Positions 13,802-29,300 of a DNA stretch of 62,000 bases are shown here, piece by piece. Location of the stretch: positions 186,001 to 248,000 of the forward strand of contig MU053933.1 in NCBI GenBank assembly GCA_013239625.1, in the 5' to 3' direction. The notes under the pieces were generated by a model. That model was not told the origin of the DNA and did no database searches. It was given only the letters and a program-made list of their open reading frames with translations. How positions within the stretch are numbered: the stretch's first letter is position 1; each line of letters opens with the position of its first letter. A program made the translations under genes and the position numbers. The DNA is from Lama guanicoe (taxonomy: Eukaryota).

Positions 13802-15914
13802 CTGCAAAGGGAAGGCGCACAAGTCAGGGCAGCTCCACGGGGCTGGAGGCCGGATTTCTTATCTTCGGGAGGAAGCGCCGACTGTGGGAAAGTGTGGGGC
13901 GCACCACCTGCTCCATCTTCACCGGCGCCCGCTGCGGAGACACCGCATTTCCTTTCAAAGCACAGAGCTTTCTTTAATCCTTCCCCTCGCGGGGCACGTC
14001 TGTCCTCTGTTCCCCAGGTTCTAGAAACTGTCTGTGATGGGCCACACGGAGTCACGGCCTCGTATCACAGGGCAGACCTCTCTAGGCGTTGAACTCAGAG
14101 GAAAACCAAGCTCGGAGGAGAAAACGACCTAACGAGACAGGTGGCAAAGCCCTGCCCTGCCACCCCCGCCTTTTTTCCCTTAGTGTTTAAATGTATTTTA
14201 ATAAGTTGATGTTGCATTACTTCCCCATTTCTCAGAAAAACTCCCAAGGCATCAGGGCCAAATCAAACGTGATACACCAGCAAAAAACACACAGCACAAC
14301 CAAAGGGAGGGACACTTATAAACCATGGCATCACACCGTCCAGCCCCCAAGTGGCCTGACTCTCCCTGCAATGGCAAAAAAGTCTTCCTCAATTCCTACC
14401 CCAAAGCACAGGGCTCCAGCTGGGCTCCACAGGAAGCCGGCCCCAGGGACGGTGCGAGACTCCCAGCCTCTTCAGGTCTGGGGTGTGCAGACGAGGGTCT
14501 TCCCCCCTGCAATTTGCCACGTGGGCCCCACCTGTCCTCCTTTCCAACCCCTGCACGAGCATGCATGGACCCCTCATCACAGTCATGGTCACAGAACGAG
14601 AGGCCCAAGGTGACCCTCAGTGGACAGACCTCGCTCAGCCTAAAGACACGCCACCCACCAAGCTGGACTGTGGCTTCTGTTCCCAACACGCCCACGGCCG
14701 GGGACTCCCAAGAGGCAGCAGACGCCAGTCAGCAGGGGTGGAAAATTGGCCCAAAGTCACAGACAGCTGCCAAGATCCTACTCCGATGTTCTGTTCCACT
14801 TTCCCGTTAAATCTTGTGCAATAACTATCTATACATGGTTTCCACCACAACTCAGACTTCCAACGGGTCCTCTGAATAAAGTGAAAGGACCCGAGGCACC
14901 TGGCAGCGTCTGCTGGCAAACACGGGCGGGAGAGACTCACGAGCTGCTTCCTTGAGCCTTGGCCACCCCGCCTGCCAAGCTGATAAAGCACGGGAGCCTC
15001 GGCTCCCCAGGCTCCCATCCTGAGCCCGACCGCGGCGCTGAAACCCTCAGAGAGCGGCTGCAGGCTGGCCCACCCGCGACGGCGCTAGCGAGTCCAGACC
15101 ACGGACCTCCGCAGAGGCGGCGGCAGGGAGGCAGGACAAACCCCGCACTGGCTCCTGCTCTGCACCGGGGCCAGCAGCCCTGGGGGCACACGCTGACTCT
15201 GACTGGCATTTTTCCAACCAGAAACTAGTGAGTAGCTCAGAAATGCCTGTAGAAGAAACGGAAATCTTTCTATAATGAGGAGAAAAAGTACTTGCCTTTT
15301 CCAATCAACCAAGTCAAGGGACTGAAACGGGAGGACAGAAATCAGAGCGGTGCTTGCCTGGCCGAGGGAGGAATCCCCTCTGTCAACACCCGCCCCACGG
15401 TTCTGGACACCGGCCGCCCGACACGTGAGTGGGCTTCACCCAACTGACCCATCCACTTAAAACAGTTAAGACAGTAATTTGTATATTGTACGTACTGTAC
15501 AATTAAAGACGAGAAAATTAAAAAAATTCCTGGACACAGACAAATCACGTTACGTGTATCATATCACACACACAGAAGAGAGCTGGCTGATACCTAACAC
15601 GGTCCCTGAACAGACCCCATCAGGTCCGTGCCTTTTCCTGCATGTGAAATGCACCATGAGGCTGCTTCGCTAGCACCTAGAAAAGCCTGTGATGAGGTGG
15701 GTCCTGGCTCTCCGTGCAGACCTGCTGGGTGGGGCACAGGAGCCTGCATCCTCCAGGACGTCCCGCTGGCTCCCCGGCCGAGAGCAGCTCCCACCATGGG
15801 ACTGTGGTGTGCAGGCACCTCTCACACAGAGAAAGGACCACAAATCACGCCCCCTTCTGCTCTGGGAGAGATGGGTGCACCCTGCCACCCTCCACCCCAG
15901 ACACGTCCACTCAC

Positions 15915-15964
15915 CTGCAAACGGCTTCTTCTGCGTCAGCACACCCCAGATCACGATGGCAAAG
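15915..15964 (-). CDS. RIPK4: RIPK4 coding exon 4
   Basis: (S)FAIVIWGVLTQKKPFA; acceptor TTCCAG, donor G|GTGAGT; 50 nt. Confidence 0.97.
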
Positions 15965-17274
15965 CTGGAAGGAAACAGGCATGTCAGGGTCACGTCCTCA
16001 AATGTCCCGCACACAGCAACAAGCATGAGGAAAACCACCCCAGAGACTTCGAGAAGGTGGGGGGACACCACAATTTTTTCTGTGAATTTTTTTAAACAGG
16101 CAAATACCCATATCGTGGAACAAGGCATGGTGAAATCTCGGATGTCAAAGGACAGACAAAACCCTACCCAGGGGACAGTCGGTCCGAGCAGCAGGAAGGG
16201 ACCCTGAGAAGAAAGCAGCCCCGTCCCTGGACCACCAGCTCGGGGGGAGAACGGCCGTGTCGGCCTCATTTGCACCATCTTCTCGCAAACACTGGGCATC
16301 AGGATGCTGACTACAGCTCTGGGCGTCTCCTGTAACCTGCCCAGTAAGATGCCATCCGAGGACCGCTGATCAAAGTGCACGGAAGAGAGCAGGGGGTGGC
16401 CAGCTGGGCTTCCCAGAGCCCTTTTTGGTTGCTGGAAATTAGACTTGCATGTAATATGTAAAATGACGCTGGGTACACCCAGAAAGAGCTCAATCTGGAA
16501 GATTTTATAAAAAACAAAACCAGAAGTCCAAACACTGAGCTACCAGCCTGTACGGGGTTGAGAGCAGCTGTCTATGAAGATGAGAGAATTCCCCACTGAA
16601 GGTTCACTGAAATCTGCAGGTTCTAAAGTTGAAATTCTCAACTCTGAAATAAACAGAGACCTTCGCCCTCCCCACACCCCACAAGCTAAGACCAGCACCC
16701 AGTGCACCGCTCGCCAGCAGACATACAGCTCAGAACTTAGCTATGCACACGCACAGCATCTGTGGTCAAACCAGTCGGCCAGGACTCCAGGGTGGCGGTG
16801 ACACAAAGGCACAGCTTAGGGTGACAGTCACCCGGGTGGGACAAGAACCCTGACGAGGGTCTTAACTGCGTGCTCGCGCCCGCCCTCCCGCGCTTCTTCT
16901 CCACAAAGGTGGAGGGATTAAGACTTTTGCAGTTTGGGGAAGGAAGGCACCAGTGATTCATGAGTGTTCACTAGCACAGAGATCCCCGACACTAGTAAGT
17001 GAATGGCCTCTAGCTTGTCTGCACTGCCCCAGGCAAGTGACCTCAGGAAGTGTCAGTTCTGGGCCAGAGGGGACTGGACTTGGGAGCCCGAGTCCACACG
17101 CAGACAGACACACAGACCACTTAAAGCAGCCGTTCTTCCAGGAGCTGAGCTACAAAGCCCACGTTTCCTGAAAACACCGAAGCTTTCGCAGCGCAGGAGC
17201 TGCCCACCTGGTGGCGGGCCTGGCTCTAACCGCACCAACCGTTAACATTCTCCACACGGGGCCCAATGCACCTA

Positions 17275-17934
<660 letters not shown>

Positions 17935-20425
17935 TCACGTCTGCCCTGGCGGCTGGCTGCCCGAGTCACACAAAGGCAGGAAGCAAGCCTTGGAGTTTTC
18001 AGGTGTTCAGACAAACCAGTTGTGCAGTCCCGCAGCTGGGGAGGAGGCAGGTGGCAGCACATTCTTTAAAGGGAAATGTGCCTTCAGAAGCCCTTTAAAG
18101 TGAGCAAAACACACTGACAACCTTGGTGGGTCCTTCTGTCCTCCACCTGGAACATCACATGAACAGACACTTGCTGGCTGCGAACCCACAGCAGCCAAAC
18201 AACAGGTCTGACACATCTCCTCCATGGCACCTGCACCCCCCAGCTCGGGCCCCCCACACCTCCGCCTCCTTGTCTCCTTAGGCCAAGGTGTCCTGAAGGC
18301 TCAGGGAAACCCACGACGGGGATGTCAGGCTGTCACAGCCCACCACCCCCCAGCTCCCCACCTCCGGGGGTAAACCAGAGCCCTCGGAGGCAGTGAGGCC
18401 GTGTGTGGGATTAGGCCACATTCACGGGCATTAAGGGGCTCAGGATCCACGTGGAAAACGGCCTCTTTATAAATTTTCCTGCAAGGCTTGTGGATTTTTC
18501 TAAGCCTTCTAATTAACTCCGGGCTCCTCCTAGGACACACCTCTGGAGTGATCGGAAATGCGGCTGAGTCAGGCCTTTAATTCCAGGCGCACCTGCCCAC
18601 CAGGTGAGCCCAAGGCCTGGCATCATCACCACCAAACACGGAGAATCTATGACTGGGGGTTCGGTCCTCCAAGAGGTGGGGGGCAGGGTGGCCGGGAAGA
18701 AAGCCTGCCAGGCAGGACCTGGACCCCATTTCTGCAGCCAGCGTGAGAGTGGCCCACGAGACTGAGGCAGCCTGGCTGCTTCTGGGCCCCCGGCAGCTGT
18801 CTTTTCTCAGGTCTTCGAGAAGCTTTCCATTCTAGGAAGGGAAGTGCCAGTTCTCCAAACAAGCCCATCACCCTGACCCTGCGGCTCGGGGACGGGGACA
18901 GAGCGACATGAGATAACGCTTGAAACAGTCTGACGAGCAGGAAAGTTTCAGAACCAAACTCCTGGCAGTGTGACCCGTGTAAATTCACAAACGAGGACAG
19001 CCTGGGACGCAGGGATCTTGGCACTGCTGCAGACCCCTCTCTCCGGAGTGGCAGCCTTTTTTTTTTTTCTGTCATTTTCACATACAGCCAGCTGCTTCAG
19101 GATACACTTGGTGAAAAGAAAATGAGCATAAATTCTATGCAAAAGCTCTGGCATCAAAATGCAAGCTCAGAAATCAGGGCTCTCTGATGGCCACCAACCC
19201 TCCGGCCTGCAGGGTTTCTCCACCTGCCCTTCCTCACCCGTCCTGCCCAGAGGGCCTGCCTTGTGTGCCCCGGGGTTCTGGACAGTGGGACACTGTGGGA
19301 CACTGTGGCAGCCCCTGTGAACAGCGCACGCCTGTAATTTACAAACAAGTTCTCTAAACAGAGCACCTGCCCTGGTGCCCAGAGCCAGTGCTCACAGGGG
19401 CCCCAAGACACGACCCTTCCTTCCCGCTCCAGGCCCGGCTGGACGACACCCATAGAGGCCCAGGCAGGGCAGGGCGACCCTGGTGAGAAAGGCTATTCTG
19501 GACCACTGAGAACAGGACCCCTGGTGTCCCTTGGAGAACAGTCTGGTGTGGCCGAGCTGGGCCACAAAAGCAGCCTGAGATTTTAAATCCAGTTACTTCA
19601 TTATCAATTCAAAAAGGGTTTACAAAAATTAATATCTTAACAGTGACACTTAGTATACTTAATATCAAATATTAATTTCATATTAAGTGCTTTTAATATA
19701 TTTTGCAAATAGGTGGTTGCTGTGACATTTTCAGTTCCAATCATCCCACCTAAGGACAAAAATGTCATCTTGAGGGACCAGGGGAAAGGGTCGTGGAGTG
19801 ACAACTTTTTATCTTATTTCAAGATTCCAGATTATAAGCTTTATTGCTTCAAATAACCGCTAACTAAAAACTGCCAGAAACCCAAAGATTCCCACTGGCC
19901 TCGGCAGCCAATGAGTGGCTCCTGAGGATCAAACACGTCATGGAAACACATTTTCTGTTTGAGGGGGATGTGCGTGTGACTGACTCGTCACGGAAAAGTG
20001 CACTCCCAGCCTCTCAGGGCTCTCGGGAACCTGGGGCCAGTGCCGGGCGCCACCCCCTCGAAGCTACAGCGTCACCCCCTCCCTGTCAGTGGAGACTGTT
20101 CCTGGCTACCCCAGGTCCTTTAAGGAATCTTCGCCCACTTCCTGACACTGCCACAAAGCATCAGGCCTGCCACGCCGGGCGCCGACGCGCGGAGGAAGGA
20201 GAAAGCACTCAAGCCGTGGGACCTCAAGGGCCCGCGCAGAGGCGGCCCCCGCGGGGAGCGGCCCGGTGCCCGGCGAGCAGCACGCGCCTCCCTGCCGTGC
20301 CCCAGCCCTGGGCGAGGGTCCACGTTCTGGTGTGGACGACAGGACCGTGACAGGCCACAAAATACCCCCGCCTCCAGCCCCAGCCCTCGCCGATCACCAC
20401 CACGTGCCAGGCACAGAGGCCCCAG

Positions 20426-20478
20426 CACCAGGGCCACCCCCCTGCCCACCAGGGCCACCCCCCTGCCCACCAGGGCCA
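20426..20478. repeat. 21-bp tandem repeat x2.5
   Basis: Unit CACCAGGGCCACCCCCCTGCC. Confidence 0.9.
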
Positions 20479-21974
20479 GGGCAGGGCTGTGCTCCAGGGA
20501 AGGATGCTGGAAGGAAGAGGCACTGCGGTCCTCTGAGGGACAGACTCGTGCTCCAGACATCCCACGTGACTGTCAGGAGAGTGGCAGGGACAGTGGAAAG
20601 GGGATGAGTTGAAATAAAAGCCCAGCCAGGCCAACGACAGTCGGTGACTCTGAAAAGACAGCTCAGAGAGACACGGCTACGGACACACCTGTCCGAGCAC
20701 CTGGTGCGATCAGCAGCAGCCTCCCTGAGACAGGTGCGTTCCAGTGCGACGGTGGAGCCAGCACCCCGCCAGAAGGAGACAGGATTCCGGGCGTGTTAGA
20801 ACTCGGGCAGACTGCGAGCCACCAATTTGACACTTTTTTCTTAATTCTCTGCTTCACTTTAGCGGACGGCACTTCCAGCTCCTGGCTAAAATCTTATTAG
20901 TGAGCGACACCTCCTGAAGGACACCTCGCAATTAGTGTCCGACGTGAAACCTGACTTCCCCACCAGCAATGGGCTGGCTCGGCCAGAGCGCTGTGCCTGG
21001 CAAAGTCGGGGTGCAGGAAGCAGCCATGTGTGTGCTGTCGTCCCAGCCCTCCCTCCACAGGGGAGGATGCTGAGGGGCAGGGCCAGACGGAGTTCAGGTC
21101 CCCCTCCTCCTGAGGCCCACAGGGGGGCCTGCAGTGCTGTGCAGCCTAGAATAGCACAGCCCGTCCCACGCCGTGAGCCAGAGCGGACCTGGGCCACGGC
21201 GAGCAGGCCCTTCCCATCTATTCGCTGTCCTGAGGGATGGGCGACCTTGGCCTGTGGACCAGCCTAGAACCCGGGCCTCCTGAGCATGCGAACAACACCA
21301 CGTAGGAAAATCCATGCCACATGCTGCCCACGACAAGGACACGACAGCCTCCAAGGGAGAGACATCTTCAAAGAAACACAAACCTGGTAATGTTAACAAG
21401 GGCCAACTCCGGGAGCCGGTTCCTGGGTTTTGGCTACAATATCCCTCATACTTTTCTACTTTATAAACTTATCCAACAGGAAGAACAGAGCTCACAGGCT
21501 TTGCATGAAGAGAACAGAAGGACCCCTTCAGAGTTTCTCTCCATGACACCCCGCAGCCTGTTTCAGAGCACCCCGATATTCCTGCCACCCCGACCCCAGG
21601 AACGATGGCGGGGAAACACAGCCCTGACCTGGTGCCACACAGAGACAGCCCACACAGTCTGCTTTCTAACCTGATTCCAAAGGACAGCCACTAAGGCTAG
21701 AGTCCACACACCCACAACCTCCTTTTCCAGGGCGCCCAGCACTGAGAGTCCTGCTGCAGGACTTGGGGGAGCGACTCATGTTCCTAAGAGTCCATTTGCC
21801 AGCTACACACTTTGTGGTGTCTATACCAACCTTGGCAAGGCTGGGGGTTCTGGGAGTCCTCATGCAGAGAGGCCTCTGCTTCCACCTCTTTCCCACAAGC
21901 AGACCTGCGCCCCCTTCCACCCTCATGCCGACCCTGAGTTACTACACCTCCCCAGTACCTGCCCCCTACCCTCA

Positions 21975-22334
<360 letters not shown>

Positions 22335-22844
22335 TCACCCAGCCACTGACACGAGGCATCGTGGCCAAGAGACAACCAACTGCACTCGGCTGAGAAAGTT
22401 ACTAAAATGCAGGTACAGGTACGTACAAGTGCAGGTGAGCGCGAACGCACACAGAGCTCACTTTAACATCGCGTAGTTAAATCCTGGGCCTTCCCACGTC
22501 TTCAGTCCCACAGCCATTCAAACACACGTATGCATCGCGGGGTATTATAAGTGAGGAGGAGAGAGATTCCAATTATTACCTGAAAAGCCTCAGGGAGCAC
22601 TGAGCCCATGCGGGCTCCAGCCTCAGACGAGGCGGCTGAAGCTGGCAAGCCCTTCTCTTAGGATGAGGGAAGAGAAGACAGGTTTGTCTAAACGCTGTAA
22701 CGAAGTTTCCATCCAGAGAACGCCGCCGCCTTCTCTGCGAAGCCCATCCCAGCCCAGGCCTTCCTGACTCCAAGCCCGCACTGGGATGAACGGAGCACTG
22801 GTCTAAAGCAGGGTCTGCAGGGCGCTGCCCAAAGCCACCTTTTT

Positions 22845-23530
22845 TAAAAAGCCATTTTAAGTGGTAGTAAAATAGACGTAACATACCATTTACCATTTTA
22901 ATCATTCGTAAGTGTGCAGTTCACAGGCTGCATATCCACACACTCACAATGTTGTGCAACCATCATCTCTCTACACCCAAAGCTTTTTCACCATCCCCAA
23001 GGAAAGCTCCGCACCCACCCAGCGGTAACCCTCCCAGCCCCTCCTAACCTCTTTTCCACTTTCCGCCTCTATGGATTTGCCTGCCCGGGAGACCTCATGC
23101 AAGGGGAATCGTGCACCTTTGTCCTTTACTAACTGGCTTATTTCACTCATCATGTTTTCGAGGTCCATCCATTTTGGGGCACAGATCAAAACCTGACTCT
23201 TCTCTTAAAAAAATTTTTGGTGGGGGGAGGAAATTCAGTTTATTTATTTAATGGCGGTCCTGAGGATTGAACCCAGGACCTCATGCATGCTAAGCACTGC
23301 CACTGAGCTCTCCCTTTCCCCCTAAACCTCACTCTTTCTATGGCTGAATCATATTCCATTGTTTGAACACACCACGTTGTGTTTACCCACTCACCTGCGG
23401 GTGGCACTTGGGCTGTTTCCACTTCTGGCTACTGTGACTAATGCTGTTGTACATTTGGATGCTCAGGTGCTCAAACATGTGTTCAAGCCCCTGCTTTCAG
23501 TTCTTTGGGAGACACTCCTAGGGGCAGAGC
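22845..23530 (-). mobile_element. Ancient L1M 3' region, interrupted by a SINE
   Basis: The reverse strand reads as a typical L1 3' end (WMDLENMMSEISQ-like), ending in a T-rich tract. Confidence 0.75.
23205..23322 (-). mobile_element. tRNA-Ala-derived SINE (camelid Vic-1-like) inserted in an L1 remnant
   Basis: B-box GGTTCAATCC and TGCTTAGCATGCA loop, A-rich tail; degenerate TSD AAACCT(G/C)ACTCTT. Confidence 0.85.
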
Positions 23531-23859
23531 GGCCTGGTCCTGTGGAACCTCGTGTGTCTTGGAAAGAAACTGACCGGAAGGCAGTCTCGCCCACCCGCGT
23601 CCGGATGGGCTGGGCTTCTGCTCTCGAGGCCGAGATGTGCAGCTGTAACAGAGCCTGCAGCCTGCAGGGCCTGAGGGATTTCCTCTCTGCCCTTCACAGA
23701 AAGTGTGCCAACCCCAGTCTGAGGCCACTTCCTGGTGCAGCCCACAGCTTCACAGACAAGAACCTAGGGCCTCAGTCAGTGTCATCATGACCGGTCGAAG
23801 TCTGAGTGCATTTAGGAAAAGAAGCCGAATCCCACAGGACAGGGCCTGACCTGCGCTCA

Positions 23860-23990
23860 AGCACCAGAGAGAGCACGCGGGAGCTGGCTGAAATGCAGAT
23901 TCCCGGCCCGGCTCCTAGAGAATGGGCTCTGGGCGGGTGCTGGGAACCTGCTTTCTCGTAAGCTCCTAAAGAACAGTCTAGAACCACACA
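23860..23990 (+). mobile_element. Possible MER5A-like fragment
   Basis: AAATGCAGATTCCCGGCCC...GGAACCTGCTTT...AAGCTCC resembles the MER5A core. Confidence 0.45.
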
Positions 23991-24463
23991 GCCGTCGGAG
24001 CTGTGAACTGAGGCAGGCAGCAGCTGGAGCGGCCTCAGGGACCCCCCAAAATGCAGATTCCCACACAAGCCATCCCGCCCATGACCCACCAAGGGGCCCA
24101 AGGCTCTTCCAGAACTTGGGTGCACCTGCCCACCCCACCTGCACTTGCATCAATCTGAAACTACCAAGAAAACAAGCCTGTTTCTTATGGATCTGAACTC
24201 CTGGGACCACAACATGCTCCAAGGCTGCCCTTACAGCTACAAAAGCATCTCCCCGGGAGGAGGTCGGCAGCAAGGGGAGCCGCACCGCACTGTCCACCAA
24301 AGCCCATGGCACGCGGCACCCAGCTCTGCCTGTGCGGGCTCTCGCTGGGAAACTCCCACAGGGCCACCTCAGCCTGCCCGCCCGGCCCCTGCACCTGGGC
24401 TGGGAGCCCCAGGGGAGCCCTCGTTGAGGTGGGTGTCTCACGAGAAGATCCCTGGGTATAGAC

Positions 24464-24677
24464 TAGTGGTTCTCACCTAGGGGCAGCTTGGCCCTGAGGG
24501 GACATGGGGCACTGCCTGGAGACACTGTGGTTGTCACACCTGGGGGCTGCTCACCGCATCCAGTGGGTAGAGGCCAGGAGTGCTGCTCGACTCCCAGCAC
24601 AGCAGTGCACAGGACAGTCCCCAAGGCAAGGAACTAAACGGCCCCTCTGCCAAGAGTGCCAACCGCGACATCCCCTG
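24464..24677 (+). mobile_element. MER20-like hAT DNA transposon fossil
   Basis: AGTGGTTCTCA...GGAGACA...GGTTGTCACA...AGTGGGTAGAGGCCAGG...TGCACAGGACAG...CCCTG; degenerate 8-bp TSD GTATAGAC/GTACAGAG. Confidence 0.8.
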
Positions 24678-25767
24678 GTACAGAGCTAACGCATTCTCAG
24701 CCCAATTTAAAACCAACCACAACAGACTGGAACCGCCCACTTAAGTGCTCCCAGCATTTATTTTCATTTTGATCTGCATCTGATTAAAATTCACTTATTG
24801 ACAGTTATTTACTGAGCATCCGCTAGATGTCAGAACTGATGAGAAAAGAGACCCCTTCCCCGCTTCCGTGACGTTTACCTTCTAGGGCAGAAGACGGAAA
24901 ATTACACACAAAAGTGTAGCTGAAAATCTGAGTACTTTTAAGCAGAGGCGGGGCCAGGGGAGGTTTAATGAAGGGTCCCTAACTCAAGTGGGCCAAGGGC
25001 AGCAGCGAGGGCTCACGAGGAGGTCAGAGCCCCACTCCCGCACGGGAGCCCAGGTCAGGGGCCACTCACGGCCATGATGCACTCAGGGTGGTCCCCAGGG
25101 CCCTGCTGCCCGAGGTGGGGAGGGAGGAAGCCAGACACAGGGCACACTGTGGGGGCAGAACCATGAAGGCTGGTGATCGACTGGGCTGAGAAGAGAGAGG
25201 TAGCAAAGGTGAGATCTCTACTGGGAGTCCCGGGGCAGGGGGGCGGGGGGGTTCCCATTTATGGAAGCAGCAGGAGGGACTGGGGTGGGGGACAAGAGTG
25301 GTTCTGAACAGGCTCAAGGAGCAAAAGAATCCCACTGGGGTCGGGAATGAGTGAGACAGGTCTCAGGAGTGAATCCTGACATCACTGAAAATAAAGCTGA
25401 GCTGAGCATACTTGCTTTCTTAGCACTCAGTGGAAAGTAAGGTGCTCACAAGAGCCCCTGGGGGTCCCCGGGCCTAAGGGCTGCTCCCACCCTCCTGCGG
25501 AAGCTGCTGGCTCAGGGGCCTGGCCCAAGCCGGCCTGCCCCTCCCCTGTGGCCACAGGGCTTGCTGGGCTCCAGGACCATAGGGAGGCAGACCCCGACCT
25601 GCCCCCCGGTCTCGAAGGACATCTGAAAGAAGAAGGGACAGGATGCGGAGGTCAAGCATCATAAAGGCAGTCACTCAAGAAGCAGAGAGAGCATGGCACC
25701 TTCGGGCCCACCTCCCTCCTTCTCCTCCTGGAAAACCTCCGGCCATCCACACTGACTGCACTCCGAC

Positions 25768-25821
25768 GCTCATCCCCAGGCTGTTGCTCATCTGCAGGCT
25801 GTTGCTCATCCCCAGGCTGCT
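25768..25821. repeat. 18-bp tandem repeat x3
   Basis: Unit GCTCATCCCCAGGCTGTT with variants. Confidence 0.9.
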
Positions 25822-26312
25822 GCAGGGGGATCAGCACCGCTGCTGCTTCTGGTTTCTATTTTAAGAATCAGTTTTGTAGCTAACGCTCTATTCTTAGAAA
25901 CAATGATCAGTACACACATGTAAACTAAAAAAAATGTGCAGTATATTGTATATATGTATTTACATGCAATATAATGTGTGTGTGTGCAGTCAAACTGTAA
26001 TAATTCTAGCTAATAAAACTGAAAAAGGAAAAAAAAGAATCAGTTTTGTGATTTGTCTGTTCCTATGCCTTTAGGAACATGTCTGTTCCTTTCATTTAAC
26101 GAGCTGGTGTGCCACTGCTTCCCACCAGTGTAAGTCCAGTGCACAGCACCACTGTGGCACTGGCCTGCATCCTGCAGGATGGACAGAGACCACTTGCACC
26201 GGAAGCCAGTGGGAGGCGCCCTCCCAGCCCACAGGCTTAGAGGCCCTGAGCTGTCAGGGCATTCTGAGAGCAAGGCCCCCACGCCAACCTGCCTGAGCGG
26301 TGAGGAGGTGTG

Positions 26313-26355
26313 CAATTACACTAAGGCCGAGGTCAATTACACTGAGGCCGAAGGT
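26313..26355. repeat. 21-bp tandem duplication
   Basis: CAATTACACT(A/G)AGGCCGA(A)GGT twice. Confidence 0.85.
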
Positions 26356-29300
26356 CGTAGCAAGTGAGGCTCTGAGTCTCTTGGCAAATAAAGTGTTTGC
26401 TTCCATTTGCCCAAAGCGAGTAATACGTAAAACCCAGGTGACTTCTGCTGGCTGAGCTCATCGGCGGCTCTTCAGAGCCGCTGGCAGCACATCAGTCCTC
26501 CCTCCGCCAGCCCCGCCAGCAGAGTTCAGCTAGTTCACTGCTCTCTCCCCTGCCCCAGGCCCTTTCCACCAAACAGGAATCCCATTTACCTCAGTTAAAA
26601 AAAAAAAAGTCAGCCCATGCCGTCTTTGGAACAAAGGCCAGGCAGGCTTAGCACCACTGACCACACATCCCAAGACATTTCGTGGAGGAGAACCAGCTAT
26701 CCTGGAAAACAAGTCTTGTTTCCAGGGATAAACCACCTTCTCCACAACAGCTCAGTCAGAAACGCCTTAGAGCAGAGGACCCCGCCAGCGACTGTACCCC
26801 TCTGGGGCGAGGAAGGGGATCCCGGGGACACAGAGGGAGCCGCTTCACACCAGCCTGGGGAGCAGGTTGGCTGGGCCCCCTAAAAGCCAGCACTGGTTGT
26901 GTTCAGAAAGGGTGGCACAAAAATGTTCATCCCATTTACATTCCAGTAACTGCCGGGCTGAAATCCAAGCCACCCCATCCTCTGGGCCTTTCTTCAACTG
27001 CCCCTGGGACACCCTGCTGGGCTCCCCGCCCTCATCCCCCAGCCCCCACCCCCACACACATAGTGGCACCTGCAATTCAATTAAGCCTGGAAAGGGCCCT
27101 CTCCGGGAGCTGCCAGAAGAAAGCTGGAAAGTCCTTGCACACATAAAACCACTGCTATTTCATCAATGGCATCATTTCTCATCAAGTATGTTATTAAATA
27201 TACTTTCCCTGGAAGCAGTGTTTCTGGTTCACGCTGACAACAACACAAACGGAGCTGGAGATCAGTTACTGTGATGAGTATTACTACTTTAGGCCCTGGA
27301 GAGATTTTCAAACCAGCCCCAGAGCCCAGGTGCGGGCGCAGGCTGGGGAGCGCAGGGACCCCCAGGCGCCCAGTCTCGTCACGGTCGGCGGCATCATCAT
27401 CAAACCCCACTCTGTATGGTTGGGAGTGACGTTCCAGGCCACCCGAGTCCACTGACATCAGTCCTAACTAAACAGCCTCAAAATGGCGACGTGCTAAAAG
27501 CGTTCCTACGACTGGGCACAATTCAGCAGGGCCGGCACCATCGCTCCTGTAATCACTGCAAACACATCTCCTCTCTCCCCTTGCGGGAAGGGTTGCTAAG
27601 TCTGTTTCCCAGCAGGAATGGGGAAAGCACCCCTGCCCCACCCACCTTGGTCCTAGATGCCAAATCTCTGGGCATTAATGGGATCGAGTCGGGGTTCAGC
27701 TTGTTGAAGATACTTTCTCAAAAGCACTGACATCAGTTCAGTTTTTCTTTTTATTATTCACAGCTGGCCAAAGTGTATTTTCCCCAGCCCAGGGAGGGTA
27801 TCTGGGTAGGAAGAAATATGAGACATAAAACCAGGCTGATTATTTCTAAAAGACACTTTCTGGAGAAGTCACGGGGTTCTCCTCTGAGCTCGGTCAGAAA
27901 TTCCAAAGACCAAAGACACCCAACGGGAGAAGGCAGCTTCCTGGAGGCATGTCCCTTGGAAGGGTCAGAAAACGGCCCTGGGGGAGCGGAGCAGCGGGAA
28001 ACTGGGGGAAGAGGGGAAAGGACCATGAGCGGGCAAGGGCGCCTGCTAACAGAGAGCAACTCAGAGGGAGAAACCTGGGAACCACCTTTGGGAAGAGGCA
28101 GCAGGAAAAATGGTTTAATCATTTGTTAGCTGATGCCTCTCGGCCAGGCCCTCTGACTGAGCACCAATCCAGTCCTGTTCCCAGGGAGCCTGCAAGGGGT
28201 TCCCACACTGCTATTTTTAAAACCGACAAGAACCGGGCTTGTCCATCGTCAGCTCTGTCCCTGCACACCCGGGGTTTGCTCAGGCTCGCCCCGACTAGCT
28301 GCTGCGATCACGCAGCAGCTGCCAGCGCGCAGGCATTCTGGGCTTCCTCTCCGGCAGGAGTGGGTGCTGGAGGAACGGGGCCTCTGGGGCTTAGTTCTCT
28401 CCTAAATGGAAATGCCCCCCTCCACTAGCCCCTGCCTAAGCTCTCATGATCCCCTAAAGAGGGTCAGCCAGGGCAGCCACACATCTCCCCGAAGCCACCA
28501 GACGTGCCGATAAGGGAGTGGGAATGCAGACCAACAGGGTGTCATTTGTGACCTCCCTGAAGTGCCCATGGAAGCCACTTGGAAGCCGTTTCTCTGCCCC
28601 CTGGGAACCTCAAGGAGTCTCTGGGACCTGGCAGCCCTGTAATTTTCCACGTGGCCTGGGGCACCTGCCACTCCAAGGAGCCTGAGGTTGGGGGTAGGGA
28701 TCAGGCCCTGCTGTGGCCAAGGAGGGGCATGAAGACGGGGGCCAGTGAAGCAGCGAGGGGCCAGAAGGCCCCAGTCTGGCCAGAGGGAGAAGCAGCTGGT
28801 GAAAATGAGTCTGAGCCACACCTGAACCTGTGCTGGGTCCCCAGGTAACCAGTGGTGGAGACCCTGGGAGAGGAAAAGCCAGGCCCTCATGGAGGGGGTG
28901 AGACAAGACTTGGCAGGGAGGGCTACAGGGCTGGGGGCTTCACCCAGGAGCCCTGGGAAAATCCTCTTCCCCACTCCAGGAAGCATCCTGCAGATAGAAG
29001 GGTGAGGGTGGCAGGCAGCTCATCAAAGGGCACTGAGACCACCCTGCCCAACCTGGCAGGACGGGTGGCACCACCACCACGTCGGGGTGGAGATGCAACC
29101 CGCAAGACCCAACGCAACCAGCTCCTCCTGCACCACAGCGGGACTGTCACAAATGCCTAGTGAGCACCTCAGACCAAAGGCAGTCAATCAGTAACCTAGA
29201 AGAGTTTTCTTTACAAAGAGCAGGGGTCTGTCCATCCTCTCAGTCAGAGAAATCGGCCTGGCTGCTCATGCAGAACTCCAGCCGGCTCTACCCGGCCCGG

